A DNA stretch of 63,737 nucleotides, the filler included, from Rhizaria sp. SCN 62-66 (taxonomy: Eukaryota): assembly GCA_001724265.1 (NCBI GenBank). It is 7 parts of 7 records of this genome, joined end to end, with 100 filler letters (N's around TTAATTAATTAA, not from the genome) between each part and the next. Parts side by side here need not be neighbours in the genome. Positions count along the whole stretch, not along the records: positions 9,646 to 19,083 come from MEDY01000573.1; positions 19,184 to 29,663 come from MEDY01000574.1; 5 more parts are not named here. The stretch is one strand, 5' to 3'. Positions 12,442 to 23,045 of this stretch are shown piece after piece. The notes beneath the pieces are model-generated. The model did no database searches. It was not told the DNA's origin and saw only the letters and a list, made by a program, of their open reading frames with translations. Positions within the stretch are counted from its first letter, which is position 1; every line of letters starts with the position of its first letter. Both the position numbers and the translations under genes were made by a program.

Positions 12442-13128
12442 TTACGCACTTCCAGCGCCCGCGTCCGAGTCCCCCGCAGCGGCGGCAGCAGCAGCAGCGG
12501 CGGCGGCAGCGGCCTTCTTCTCCGCAAGTCGTTTGGCGACGAGCTCGACGGCCTTGGCCTGTTTCTTGCCCGCCTTGGTCCGGCCCCCGGGCGACAGCAT
12601 AGGCGTGTCTTCCCCACCGCTGCCGATACCGGCGTCCGCGCCGGGCTCGCCAGCGCTGCCACCACTGGGGTCCCTGTTCTTGGCCTTCTTGCCCTTCTTC
12701 TTCTCCTTCTCCTTCTCCTTGACGGCCGCGGACTCGGCGGCGGCGGCCAGCGAGCGCGCCAGTGCGTCAAACGCGCTCGACTTGCTGTTGTCCACCGCGA
12801 AGTCCTGCGTGCTGCCGCGCGCGCTCGCCGCCGCTGAGTCGGGAGCTGCGGCGGAGGACGAGGACGCGGACGCGGCTGCAGTAGTGTTGTTGTTGTTGCT
12901 ACGGCCGACGCGGAGGACGAGGTTCGTCAGAGGAGGCGTGCTGTGGGCAGGCGCCGTCGCCGACGTTGCCGCACTGCTGCTGCTGCTGCTGCTGCTGCCA
13001 CTGCTAGTCACACTTGCACTGGCGCCCGTGCTGGCGCTGGCGTTTGCAGCATGAGAGCTATAGGTGGCACTGGCGTTGGTGCTCGGTGCCGGAGCAGCCA
13101 CAGGCGCTGTCGTGACACTGGCACTCAT
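12442..13128 (-). CDS. Hypothetical low-complexity protein (Ser/Ala-rich, Lys-rich patches), 228 aa
   Basis: GC-rich ORF from ATG to TAA, with the same codon style as its neighbours and divergent from the UPF3-like gene. No recognisable domain. Confidence 0.6.
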   Translation of the reverse strand: MSASVTTAPVAAPAPSTNASATYSSHAANASASTGASASVTSSGSSSSSSSSAATSATAPAHSTPPLTNLVLRVGRSNNNNTTAAASASSSSAAAPDSAAASARGSTQDFAVDNSKSSAFDALARSLAAAAESAAVKEKEKEKKKGKKAKNRDPSGGSAGEPGADAGIGSGGEDTPMLSPGGRTKAGKKQAKAVELVAKRLAEKKAAAAAAAAAAAAAGDSDAGAGSA

Positions 13129-14289
13129 TTATCAGCAAGGGTCAGCAACAAAAAACGCTGTGCTATCTTACAACAACGTTGATTCAGGACTAAGGACGAT
13201 GTTTCTATCGTTCTACGCTGTTTAGTGACAACTACGTTGATAAGGTGGGTGAAAGGTCGGGGGGAACTGAGGCTGTGCCAGAGTGCTGAAACAAAATCAC
13301 CGGACCAAGTGCGTCAGTGAGAGTAAAGATGTAGACTCAAGGCTATGTTCACGAGAGAGGGAACGCGAACAGAGCACATCGAACGGCAGCAAGGCGGTGG
13401 ATGTCGGATCGGACCGATGTGAGAGGGCGAGTCGAGCAGGATGTCGATAAAGTGGTTGATGATGATGAGGATAAGCATTTAGAGAGTCATAGCATATATA
13501 GAACAAAAGATGCACTATGGAAAATTCCACAATCAAGTCTAAAGCTCAAGAAAACGATGGATAGAGCGCGATATGCAGGCCGGGGGTGGGGCTCTCGGAG
13601 TATAAAAAGATCGCACGCGAGACGTCAGAAACGGTGGAGCTTTTGGCGCTCTATCCATACTGAGAAGCTACAGACCCCAAAAAGCGATACTTGTTTGAGC
13701 ATAAAAATCACTCCACTCGTCCATGATACGAATCATCGACGATAAACGCGTTGCAAACAAATCAAGCTGATCGTCCCAGGTCAGACCGAACGCAGACCAG
13801 CCAGCCAGTCGGCCAGCCTCCCACAGTCAACACACCGAGAGATCCACAAAACACACCGCGCAAGGACTCCAGACGACGTGTGATGCCAAGTTAACAAGTA
13901 TAACTGCGATTTATTTCCTGTTTTACGCCTTCTCACTTTGTTATAGAGTGATTTCACGATTACCGCACGTGAGTATCGCAAGATTTTTTCGGCGTGATCC
14001 TCTCTTGCAGTCATCTCCATCTCCCCTTCTCATCCCATTCTCACACATTTCCTTTTGCCATTTCCCTGTGTAACTCTTTGCGCCACGCCATCACTACGTG
14101 TCCTTTCTGGATTTTGCGCTGTGTTCTTACTCGACAGCGTTCCAAGGTCCATAACCCTACTTTGTTCCGGGGTCAATTCGCTCAGCACTTCCACTCGACC
14201 CGTACTTTGCTCGCGCGCTGTGCCCGAGTCTGTGAGACAGCAGCCTCCACACCGTCGAGCTGCAGCTGACTGCCGACTGCCGTACATTT

Positions 14290-17172
14290 ATGTCGCACAA
14301 CAACGTCTCTTCCGCCGCTAACGCTGCGCCGTTCGTGCCCCGCGGCGGCGGCGGCGGCGGCGCGCCTCGCAGTGCAAACACCAACGCGAACGCAAGCAAT
14401 AACAACAACAACAACAACTCCCGCGGCCCTCGCCAGCATCAGTCTCGTTCGTCCAACAACAACAATAACAACTCATCGACTGCCCCTGTCCCTGCTGCCA
14501 CCGCCGCCCCGGCCGCTGCCCCCGCCTCAGCTGCTGCCCCTGCTGCTGCCGTGCCCGCGCCCGCGCCCGCTCCAGCGCCGGCCTCTACGTCCGCCCCACT
14601 GCCGCCGCAGCCGCCGCTGCCGCCGCTGCCGTGGCTGCACGGCGTGCCGACGCTGACGGCATTTACGTCGCTGCCGCTGCTGCGCGCGGACCCGGCCCCC
14701 GGCGCCGCCGCCGCCGTCTCGGCCGCCGCGCTCGCGCCCTTCAGCCCGCCCACGCTCCTCGCCCTTGCCAGTCCCGGCGCGGTGCCAGGCGCCGCCGGCG
14801 CACTGCCCGTGGTGGCGTCGCCGTACCCGCAGGCGACGCGGCTTGTGGTGCGCGGGCTCCCTGCCGCGATGACGGCGCTGTCGTTCGAGGCGCTGCTCGC
14901 GGGCGCGCTGCCGCTGCTGCCGCCGCTCCTGCCCGACCTCCCCGCCAGCAGCGCCCACGCCGCCCACAACGGCACCAACACTAGCGGCGGCGCGTATAGC
15001 GGCGCGCGCAGTGCGGCTGCGGTGGCCGCGGCGGCGTTCGAGCTCGAGCAAGAGCAGGAGCAGGAGCAGAAGCAGCCCCCGCCGTCACTGCTGCCGGTCC
15101 TCGTCGGCGGCAATGCCGCCAATACAAGCGGCGAGTTCGCCGGCGTGGATGCGGCCGCCGTGCTCGACTGGCGGCCCTACGTGCTGTCCTCGTCGATTAT
15201 CCCCGCCTCGCTACTGTTGGAGCAGTTGCCGCAGCAGCAACAGCAGCAACAGCAGGGCCAGCACAATGGCCAGCCCAAGACCGCAGCCGCTGCCGCGGCG
15301 GCTGCGGCGGCCGCCAGCGGCAGCGCCGGCGGCGGCGCGGTGGCCTTTGTTACGCTGCCCTCGCCCGCGCTCGCGGCGGCTTTCGCGCGCGCCTTCGCGG
15401 GCTACGGCGTGTCGTCTACCGCGCTCGCGCCCTTCGAGGCCCCGCAGCAACAGCAGCAACAGCAACAGCAGGGTAGCATCAGCAACAAGGATGGCAACAA
15501 CAAGGCTGCCGCGAGCGGCCGTCTGTTCGCGCCTACGGTCTCGCGGCTTACCTTAGAGGTGGCCCCGTCGCCGCTCGCCCCACTCCCGGCCGACTGCTTC
15601 GCCGCCGCTCCCATGCCCGCCGCGCGCCTCGCGCCCTGGCTCCCCTCCTCTAGCTCCAGCACCAGCTCGAGCTCTCGGAGCGCCGGCTCCGGTTCTCGCC
15701 CACAGAGCGTCGGTGTGGCGGCGGCGCCTACAGCGTGCGCCGCCGTGGCGGCCCCCGTCGCGGCGTGGGCGCAGTCCGCCCCCGCGCTGGCGGCGCTGGC
15801 GGGCAGCTTCGCGCAGGACCCCCTCTTTGCGGCCTTCGCGGGCGAGCAGCGCGCGCTCGCGGCGGCCTCGGCCGCGGCCGCGGCGGCAGCGGCGGCCGCG
15901 GCGGCGGTGACCTCGGCCGCACCCGCGGCCGCAGCCACTGACGGTAGCGTCAGCAATGCCGCTGAGACTGCGGGTGCGACGGCGGCTGCGGCGTCGACGG
16001 CGACGGCGACGCTGCAGGCGCCTGCCGTGGCCGCTGCCGCCGCGGCCGCCGCGTCCTCCTCCACGTCTGCCTCCGCCGTGGCCGCCGCGGCCGAGTCCGC
16101 CGCGGCCGCGAGCGTGACCTCCGCCGCCGCGGCCGCGGCGGCAGCGGCTGCGGCGCTGACCCGGGGCGCGTTGGTGCTGACGCCGGCCTACCTGGAGGCC
16201 GCGGCGCAGCGCCTGGGCAGCGGCACGGCCTGGGGCACCCCCATGCGCACACACATCATCACCGGCCCCGCGCCCTCGGGCGCTGGCGCCGCCGGCAGCT
16301 CCAGCTCCAGCTCCAGCTCGAGTGCGGGCGCGACCTCTGGCTCTGCGAGTGCGGGCGCGGGGCTATTGGGTAACGCGGTGCACATCGGCGACGTCCCGCT
16401 CCCTCTCGTCGACGATCTCATCGCACGTCTCGACGGCAGCAGCAACGGTGGCGGCGGCGGCAAGGGCGGCCGCGGCGGCGCTGGCGGCGGCCGTGGCGGC
16501 GGCGCGGGGAAGAAGGAGAAGGAGGGCCGCGGCCGCGTGGCCGCTGTGGCTAAGGCGCTCGCGCTCTCGGGCGTCCGCGGCCGCCGCGCCGCGCCCAGTG
16601 GCAGCGGCAGCAGCGCCGCCAGCGGCAGCACGCCTGGCTCGGGCTCGGGCTTCGGCGGCAAGAAGGCGGGCGACGACAGCAACATCATTTCTAGCCCTGG
16701 TTCTGGCTCGAGTGGCGGCAGTGCGCTGAAGCTGTCGACGACGGCGATGGCGTTCGTGCCCAAGAGCTTCACGCCCGCCGCCGCCGCCGCCCCCGTCGCC
16801 GCTGCAGTGCCGCACACCGGCGCTGGCGCCGGCGCTGGGGCTGGGGCTGCACCGGTGGGATTGGCGCCAGTCGAGGCCTCTGGGAGCCGCAGTGGCGGCG
16901 GTGGTCGTGGTGGGCCGAGTGCCGCTGTGCCTGCGCACGGCCACTTTACGCCTGCTGCTCATGGGCATGGTCACGGTGCTCACGGTCACGGTGGCCCTGG
17001 TCACGGACACGGCCAGGCTGGGCAAGGACATGGCCAGGGTGGGCAGGGACACGGTCACCGTCACGGCCAACAGCAGCAGACACAGCAGCAGACACAGCAA
17101 GGCCAGCAACCGGGACAGGGGGAGGGTGGGCGCGGAGGCGGCGGCGGCGGCAACCGTCGTGGTCGCCGTTGA
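14290..17172 (+). CDS. UPF3: UPF3/Smg4-like nonsense-mediated decay factor with large inserts and two PAM2-like motifs
   Basis: Blocks follow UPF3 order: TRLVVRGLPAAMT (KVVIRRLPPTLT), AFVTLPSPALAAAFARAFAGY (AYINF...FRDRFDGY), LEVAP (VEFAP), GSFAQDPLFAAF (GTIDDDPEYRKF), PLVDDL (TPLLSFL). The tail is RGG/GH-rich. Ends at TGA. Confidence 0.65.
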   Translation: MSHNNVSSAANAAPFVPRGGGGGGAPRSANTNANASNNNNNNNSRGPRQHQSRSSNNNNNNSSTAPVPAATAAPAAAPASAAAPAAAVPAPAPAPAPASTSAPLPPQPPLPPLPWLHGVPTLTAFTSLPLLRADPAPGAAAAVSAAALAPFSPPTLLALASPGAVPGAAGALPVVASPYPQATRLVVRGLPAAMTALSFEALLAGALPLLPPLLPDLPASSAHAAHNGTNTSGGAYSGARSAAAVAAAAFELEQEQEQEQKQPPPSLLPVLVGGNAANTSGEFAGVDAAAVLDWRPYVLSSSIIPASLLLEQLPQQQQQQQQGQHNGQPKTAAAAAAAAAAASGSAGGGAVAFVTLPSPALAAAFARAFAGYGVSSTALAPFEAPQQQQQQQQQGSISNKDGNNKAAASGRLFAPTVSRLTLEVAPSPLAPLPADCFAAAPMPAARLAPWLPSSSSSTSSSSRSAGSGSRPQSVGVAAAPTACAAVAAPVAAWAQSAPALAALAGSFAQDPLFAAFAGEQRALAAASAAAAAAAAAAAAVTSAAPAAAATDGSVSNAAETAGATAAAASTATATLQAPAVAAAAAAAASSSTSASAVAAAAESAAAASVTSAAAAAAAAAAALTRGALVLTPAYLEAAAQRLGSGTAWGTPMRTHIITGPAPSGAGAAGSSSSSSSSSAGATSGSASAGAGLLGNAVHIGDVPLPLVDDLIARLDGSSNGGGGGKGGRGGAGGGRGGGAGKKEKEGRGRVAAVAKALALSGVRGRRAAPSGSGSSAASGSTPGSGSGFGGKKAGDDSNIISSPGSGSSGGSALKLSTTAMAFVPKSFTPAAAAAPVAAAVPHTGAGAGAGAGAAPVGLAPVEASGSRSGGGGRGGPSAAVPAHGHFTPAAHGHGHGAHGHGGPGHGHGQAGQGHGQGGQGHGHRHGQQQQTQQQTQQGQQPGQGEGGRGGGGGGNRRGRR

Positions 17173-17955
17173 GTACTCTCATAGGCTTTGACAGTATTGC
17201 TCGTGTTGAGTTTCAGCAAACGTGCTAACATGCATCACTACTGTTTTAGTGTTATTTTCGCACTTAAATTTCTTGGTGCGAGAGTTTCTGGAGCTTTTTT
17301 GGACATGTGATGCCCAATCGGTTGCCGACATCTATGGATCGAAGCGCACCTTCGAGGATGCGCGATGATACATATAACATGTAAGTCCGATTTGAGGTCG
17401 TATTATAGTCAATCATAAATACAGCTGTACATTCAAATTCAGATACGTACGGATATCCTACGAAGTGTTTCACGTCAGAATTGACTGTTTAGTTGATTGT
17501 ATGAAAATAGCGTTCTCGTCGATGACGTGTCCATGGATAACCATATGAGGTGCGACTAACTCGACTTTTTTAACGATTCACAAACTTTACAATGTGCGGA
17601 TGGATGGATAAGCTTCATGATCGACTTTCTGACTTAAATACTTTTTAAAGATGACTCAATGCGCAACGAAAATGATGGTATTTCTCATCCTTGTACTGAT
17701 GTCACCATATACTCTTCAGGTTGGTTACGAACAAAGATTCCTTCTGGCCCCCATCCTAGCATCTGAGAGCTTCGACCAGGAACTTTTATTTAAGTTACTC
17801 TAAACTAGAAAATGTATTAATACCGAAAAAAAGTTTCGCAAAAGTAATTATGAAACAATTAGACACGCCATGCCATTGTATATGCAGAGTTTGCTCTACA
17901 ATACACGACTCTTACCGAGACCACAACACACTGTCATGAATTGCAACGTGCGTAC

Positions 17956-19083
17956 TTACTGCTGCGTCCGACCCTGTGGCGCAAAAAGCGCGAGCGCCCG
18001 CGACAGCTCCGGGTCCGTCGCGTACTGCCAGTCCGCGTTGCCACCCGCCGCGCTATCGCCGCGGTGATTGGGTCCCGCGCTCCGGTCGAGGCGGCCATGG
18101 TGCGCGTGCGCCGTCGAATGGTTCAGCGCGCTGGCCAGCTCGTGCTGCGTCTGCTCCAGCCGCGCGTGCGCCGCGCCCAGGTGGCTGTGCGCGCCGGCGA
18201 GGTGACCGTGGGCCGCCGCATAGTGACCGTGCGCAGCGGATTCGTCCCCCGCGGCGCCCGTGACACCACCCAGCAGCGACGCCTCGGCGACCTTGGGCAG
18301 CGCGGCGACCGTGGGCAGCGCTGCGGGCTGCGGCTGCGCGCGCCAGGACGGCAGCGGGGCGGGCGCGGCAACCGTGGCCAGCGGCATCGCCGGAGGCAGC
18401 ACGATCGCGCCCCACTTGGCGCCGGTCCCGGCCGCGTGGTTCGCAGCGCTGCTGGCGTTCACGGCGGTCTGCGGGGCCATCATGTTGTTGTGGGACGGGG
18501 GGGCACCGCCGAGGTAGGACACATTGATATTCGGCGCAACAGTATTGTTGTGTTTGTGCATAGTATTGAACGCCGCAGTGTCGTTACCAGCGTTCGCAGT
18601 GTTGTTATTGTTGAAGAACGAGTCCACTGGCACAGCCCAGCGGGTCGCAGTGACGTCTACGCCGCCACCGTTGTTGTTGCCGTTGTTCGCAGCGGGCACA
18701 TGAACAGTGACATTGTGCTTGCCCGCAACCGCGGCGGACTGCGAGGGGACAAAGTAGGACTGCGCCAGCGCCACCGTTGCGTTCAAAACGCTCTGGCTCA
18801 TCCGGTCGCTCGCAACTACAGTCGCGTTTCCGGTGCCATTGCGCGGTGCCACGGCTGCGGCCTGGAGCGCCGCGGCAGCGACGGCGGCGGACAGCGCATC
18901 GGCGCGCTCCCTAGCGGCCTCTGCACGCGCCCGCTCGTCGCGCTCCGCCGCGGCCACACGGGCGGCGGTCTCCGCGGCGACGGCCTCGGCGCGTTGCGTC
19001 TCGCGCTCGGCGACGTAGGCCGCGGCGGCGCGCGTGCGGTCCAGCTCGCCCAGCCGCGCCTCGGCCGCCGCGCGCCGCCGCTG
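17956..19083 (-). CDS. Hypothetical protein C-terminus (coiled coil plus Ala/Asn-rich region), 5'-truncated
   Basis: The frame is open from the contig edge at 19083 to TAA at 17958-17956, with coding-like GC and codon pattern. Confidence 0.65.
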   Translation of the reverse strand, partial: QRRRAAAEARLGELDRTRAAAAYVAERETQRAEAVAAETAARVAAAERDERARAEAARERADALSAAVAAAALQAAAVAPRNGTGNATVVASDRMSQSVLNATVALAQSYFVPSQSAAVAGKHNVTVHVPAANNGNNNGGGVDVTATRWAVPVDSFFNNNNTANAGNDTAAFNTMHKHNNTVAPNINVSYLGGAPPSHNNMMAPQTAVNASSAANHAAGTGAKWGAIVLPPAMPLATVAAPAPLPSWRAQPQPAALPTVAALPKVAEASLLGGVTGAAGDESAAHGHYAAAHGHLAGAHSHLGAAHARLEQTQHELASALNHSTAHAHHGRLDRSAGPNHRGDSAAGGNADWQYATDPELSRALALFAPQGRTQQ

Positions 19084-19183
19084 NNNNNNNNNNNNNNNNN
19101 NNNNNNNNNNNNNNNNNNNNNNNNNNNTTAATTAATTAANNNNNNNNNNNNNNNNNNNNNNNNNNNNNNNNNNNNNNNNNNNN
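19084..19183. other. Artificial contig linker
   Basis: Same 100-nt N/TTAATTAATTAA/N spacer. Confidence 0.98.
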
Positions 19184-19184
19184 C

Positions 19185-22100
19185 GTGGCGTGGCTCGTGA
19201 TCAACTCGATGCAGTCGGAGCACACGCAGTTCAACCAGCTCGCGATCCAGAACGTCACCAACGTCTGGCGCAAGAACGCCTTCGGAGACCTCCTCCACGG
19301 CGCTGGCTACTTTGGTCTCGACGCATTCCCGCTCGACGCGCACGTCGCCGCCGAGTACCGCGCGAAGAAGGCACGTATGGCGCGGCAGGCGAAGCAGCAG
19401 CGCAAGGAAGACGGTGAGTTCGTCGAGAACCGCGAGCAGCGTAAGCAAGAGGCACGCGCCGCGCGCCGCCGCATGCACAAACAGCGCATTGCGATCCGCG
19501 CTGAGTTCATCGCGAAGCTCCGCGCTGAGGGCGGCTCAGTGGACGCGTACCGGAACGCACTGCCCGAGTTCAAGGCCAAGATTGAGGAGACTCTGCTCGC
19601 GCGCCGCAAGGACGTTTTCCTCGCCATGATGCAGGGTTTCACCGATGATATGGTCGAAGGCGTCAAGTCTGGCGCGGATGCCACTGCTCTCAAGGCCGCT
19701 GCCGCTGCGAGCGCTAGTGGCGCCAAGTCCCCCGTGGCTAAGAACAGCGCGCTTGAGTCCGCGCTGTCAGTCTTTGAGGAAACCGTCAACTTCACTCTCG
19801 ACGACTGTGTGCCGAAGCTCGTCCCGTTCAACGAGTCGCTGCAACAGCGCATCGAGAGCAACAGGCAGTTCATTCTCTCCCCCGCAGAGAGCGCTGTGTG
19901 CGCTGATACGGTCGCGTCGGTTATGCGATCCGCCGGTGACACGCTGCAAATGCTCGCGCTCACGGCCGAAATGGTGCAGACCGTTGAGGAAGAGCGCGAG
20001 CGTGCTGTGGAGCAAGAGCAAGAGTCGGAGATCGAGATTGAGAAGTTCGTTGACCTCTCGTTCTCGCGCGACGATGAGCAGCAGACATCGTGGCCGCTGT
20101 CTCGCCTGCAGTTCACCCCGGAGCCCCGGTCCGAGGCCGAGGGCGGCGAGCCCTTTTACCCGGCCTCTGCCTTCACCGTCCCCGGCGCCGCTGGCGTCGC
20201 AATGCCGCCCAGTCTGTTCCTGTCAAACAACTACTTTGACCGCCGCTGGACGGGCGCGCGCCGCATCAAGAACGCCACCATGTACATGGAGTACGTGCCC
20301 CGCACCAACAACGGCAGTGATGTTCACTCTGCTGCGACAAGTAGCAGTGCGCTGACGACGTGGTTGGCGACGACCGGCGAGGCCGCTCTCGCACAACGCC
20401 TTGAGAGCAGCGCCACTCTGTCCGCGCAGCTCGCCACGGCGTTCAAGCTGTTCGACCGCGACGGTTCCGGCGACCTCAACGAAGAGGAAACCGCGCATTT
20501 CGTCAGCGCCGTCACCACGGACCGCATCGACCGCGCCCGCGTCCAGGCGGGACGTCTGCTGCGCGCGCTGGGCACTTCCGCGCTCTCCCTGAAGCAGGCC
20601 GAGCGCATCCTGTGCGAGGGCGCGCTTCACCCGGCCGAGTCGGGCCGCTACTTCGTCTGTCTCTCGCTGCGGGAGGCGGAGTCGCTGCGCTGGTGGATGC
20701 ACCGCCGCTCGGGCCAGACGCTCATCCCGTCGGCGTCCGTCGACGTCACACTGCGGTGCAGCACCAACGATAACATGGTCATTGACCAGTCGATCGCTCC
20801 CGTCACCTTCGCCGCCACCGGCGCCGCGAGTCTCCTCTCTGCGCCGCCGTCTGTGCCGGCTACGACGACGACGACCAAGAGCCTCGTTGCCGCGACGTCG
20901 ACGATCACCGAAGCACGCGGCGAGATGGTCCACGCAGTGTGGCAAGCGATCCGCTACCTCAACTGTGAGACGTACTTCTCCACCGCCGACATCAACGCGC
21001 TGCTGTCCGTGCTCGACCGCCACGGCACGGCCGCGCGTCTCCGCACCTTCACCGCCGTCCAGGCGTGCCGCCGCCGTGCGCGCCGCAAGTGGCACGAGAC
21101 GCCCGTGGCGCGCATCTTCAACGCCGGTGTTGACTCACGCATGCACGCGCTCAAGCTCCGCGCCATCGCCTTCTGCATCCGGTCTATCCTGCGTGCGCGT
21201 GGTTTCAGCCCCATGGACGCGTTCCGCGCGTTTGACTACAACCGCAACGGCATGCTGTCGCCCGACGAAGTCATGGGCGGCATCACGTGGCTCGGGCTCG
21301 ACTCGGCGCTGTCGCTCCACGATGTCGTCGATCTGGTGGGACTCGCCGAGCGCAAGGACGGCAACCTCCAGACGAAGGATTTCGGCGACTTGCTCCGCGA
21401 CCCTTCACTGGCGGACGACCGCGTGGGCGCCAAGGCCGGCGCCGCGCCGCCGCCGCCCGCCGCCGAGGACGAGGACCTGGGCGGTATCGAGGACGCCGAT
21501 CTCCCCGCCGTCCCGCCCGTGCGCGCCGCCGAAGTGCTCGAAGCGTGGGCCGCGCGGTCCGTCGCTGACCTCGTGGGCTCCACCGCTAGCGCGGGCGCCG
21601 CGGGCAAGGGCGGCGACGGCAGCGGCGGCGACGCAGACGAGAAGAAGTCCGGTGACGCAGCCGATGACGAGAGCTTTGGCGCAGGCGCGGATGGCGGGTT
21701 TTCCGCCGGTGTGTGCGTTGGACGTGACGCTGAGACGCGTGAGACGTGGCTCGAGATTGATTTCTCCCACGGTATCCCGTCGTTCGTCAAGCCCGTCGGC
21801 GGGGAAGTCACCTACGTGCCCGCGGACGCGCCGGGCAACGTTGACAAGATCGGCTACGTCAAGTGCTCCAGCCTCGGCTCCCTGTCAATCACCATCCCGG
21901 CCGTCGGTCCGTTCAAGAAGTTCCCTTCCGCACGCACGATGGAGACGTACACGCTCAACGCCATGGTGCGTTTGCCGTCGATGCCGTCGGAGAAGTTCAA
22001 GATGGGCGCGTCAAACGCCAAGCGCCGTCCTATGTTTGCGCCGTCAGTCTCTGATACGCACGTGACGGAGATTGCGCTGCTCAACAACTGCTCGTTCCCG

Positions 22101-23045
22101 TTTGTTCCCGCACTGCGTCTGTACGAGCAGTGGGAAGCTCTGCCGCCTAACGCCTGGGATGTCTTCTCAGTCCGCTCGCAGGGCAACGCTATTGAGACGA
22201 GTTTCGGTCTGGACCGCATTGTGCGCACCTGGGGCACGTTCAAGAACGACATCAACAGCTCGTTCTTGCTCTTTGGTACCACGGGCGACACCAAGAAGGC
22301 GATCGGTGTTAAGGACGATGGCCACGAAGTGCACATCCGCCACTTGACTCTGCGCGCCACCCACTGGACCAACACCAACACTAATACCTCGATCGCAGCG
22401 TACAAGAAGGAACAGACAAAGTGGGCGTGCGGCAAGTGCGGCACCATCAACGGCGTTGTCGCGACCTGCGGTGTGTGCGGTGTGGATAAGCTGCTCGCGC
22501 TGTCTTCTCAGGCCACGCGCACACACCTCTGCAAGCTCTGCTTCCACGTCAACCCGGAAGACAAGAGCAAGTGCGAGCGCTGTTTCTCCGACCTTGACGT
22601 TGATGCTCCCGACGCCGCCGCAGAGGATGGCAACGGCAAGACGGGCAAGGACGCCGCCTCTGCCGCCGCAGCCGCTGCCGCAGCCGCTGCTGCTGCCACT
22701 GACGGCGGCGGCGACGACAACGAGGACGGCGGCGCCGTCGACGACGTGGGCGACCTCGACAACCTCGACGGCGACGACGAGGGCGACGGTGACGAAGGCG
22801 ACGGCGAGGGCGACGACAAGGACAACGCTGACACGGCGGGCGAGGGTGATGAAGCGGCCGCGGCGACTGCGGTGGTGCAGGATCCCAACGCGCAGCTGAA
22901 GTCGGCGCGCGCGTGGCGCGGTGGGGCCGTGGCGTCGTTCCTTAAGGGCATGAACCTCAAGCGCAAGCTCATTATCGAGAACAAGAGTAACCGCTACGGG
23001 TACCACTTTAACGATGACGAGGAGGAGGAAGAGGAGGGTGCTTAA
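19185..23045 (+). CDS. C-terminal part of a large protein with EF-hands, two RanBP2-type zinc fingers and an acidic tail; 5'-truncated
   Basis: EF-hand loops FDRDGSGDLNEEE and FDYNRNGMLSPDE. Fingers WACGKCGTIN..TCGVC and HLCKLCFHVNPEDKSKCERC. The open frame of 1286 codons ends at TAA. Confidence 0.8.
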   Translation: MAWLVINSMQSEHTQFNQLAIQNVTNVWRKNAFGDLLHGAGYFGLDAFPLDAHVAAEYRAKKARMARQAKQQRKEDGEFVENREQRKQEARAARRRMHKQRIAIRAEFIAKLRAEGGSVDAYRNALPEFKAKIEETLLARRKDVFLAMMQGFTDDMVEGVKSGADATALKAAAAASASGAKSPVAKNSALESALSVFEETVNFTLDDCVPKLVPFNESLQQRIESNRQFILSPAESAVCADTVASVMRSAGDTLQMLALTAEMVQTVEEERERAVEQEQESEIEIEKFVDLSFSRDDEQQTSWPLSRLQFTPEPRSEAEGGEPFYPASAFTVPGAAGVAMPPSLFLSNNYFDRRWTGARRIKNATMYMEYVPRTNNGSDVHSAATSSSALTTWLATTGEAALAQRLESSATLSAQLATAFKLFDRDGSGDLNEEETAHFVSAVTTDRIDRARVQAGRLLRALGTSALSLKQAERILCEGALHPAESGRYFVCLSLREAESLRWWMHRRSGQTLIPSASVDVTLRCSTNDNMVIDQSIAPVTFAATGAASLLSAPPSVPATTTTTKSLVAATSTITEARGEMVHAVWQAIRYLNCETYFSTADINALLSVLDRHGTAARLRTFTAVQACRRRARRKWHETPVARIFNAGVDSRMHALKLRAIAFCIRSILRARGFSPMDAFRAFDYNRNGMLSPDEVMGGITWLGLDSALSLHDVVDLVGLAERKDGNLQTKDFGDLLRDPSLADDRVGAKAGAAPPPPAAEDEDLGGIEDADLPAVPPVRAAEVLEAWAARSVADLVGSTASAGAAGKGGDGSGGDADEKKSGDAADDESFGAGADGGFSAGVCVGRDAETRETWLEIDFSHGIPSFVKPVGGEVTYVPADAPGNVDKIGYVKCSSLGSLSITIPAVGPFKKFPSARTMETYTLNAMVRLPSMPSEKFKMGASNAKRRPMFAPSVSDTHVTEIALLNNCSFPFVPALRLYEQWEALPPNAWDVFSVRSQGNAIETSFGLDRIVRTWGTFKNDINSSFLLFGTTGDTKKAIGVKDDGHEVHIRHLTLRATHWTNTNTNTSIAAYKKEQTKWACGKCGTINGVVATCGVCGVDKLLALSSQATRTHLCKLCFHVNPEDKSKCERCFSDLDVDAPDAAAEDGNGKTGKDAASAAAAAAAAAAAATDGGGDDNEDGGAVDDVGDLDNLDGDDEGDGDEGDGEGDDKDNADTAGEGDEAAAATAVVQDPNAQLKSARAWRGGAVASFLKGMNLKRKLIIENKSNRYGYHFNDDEEEEEEGA

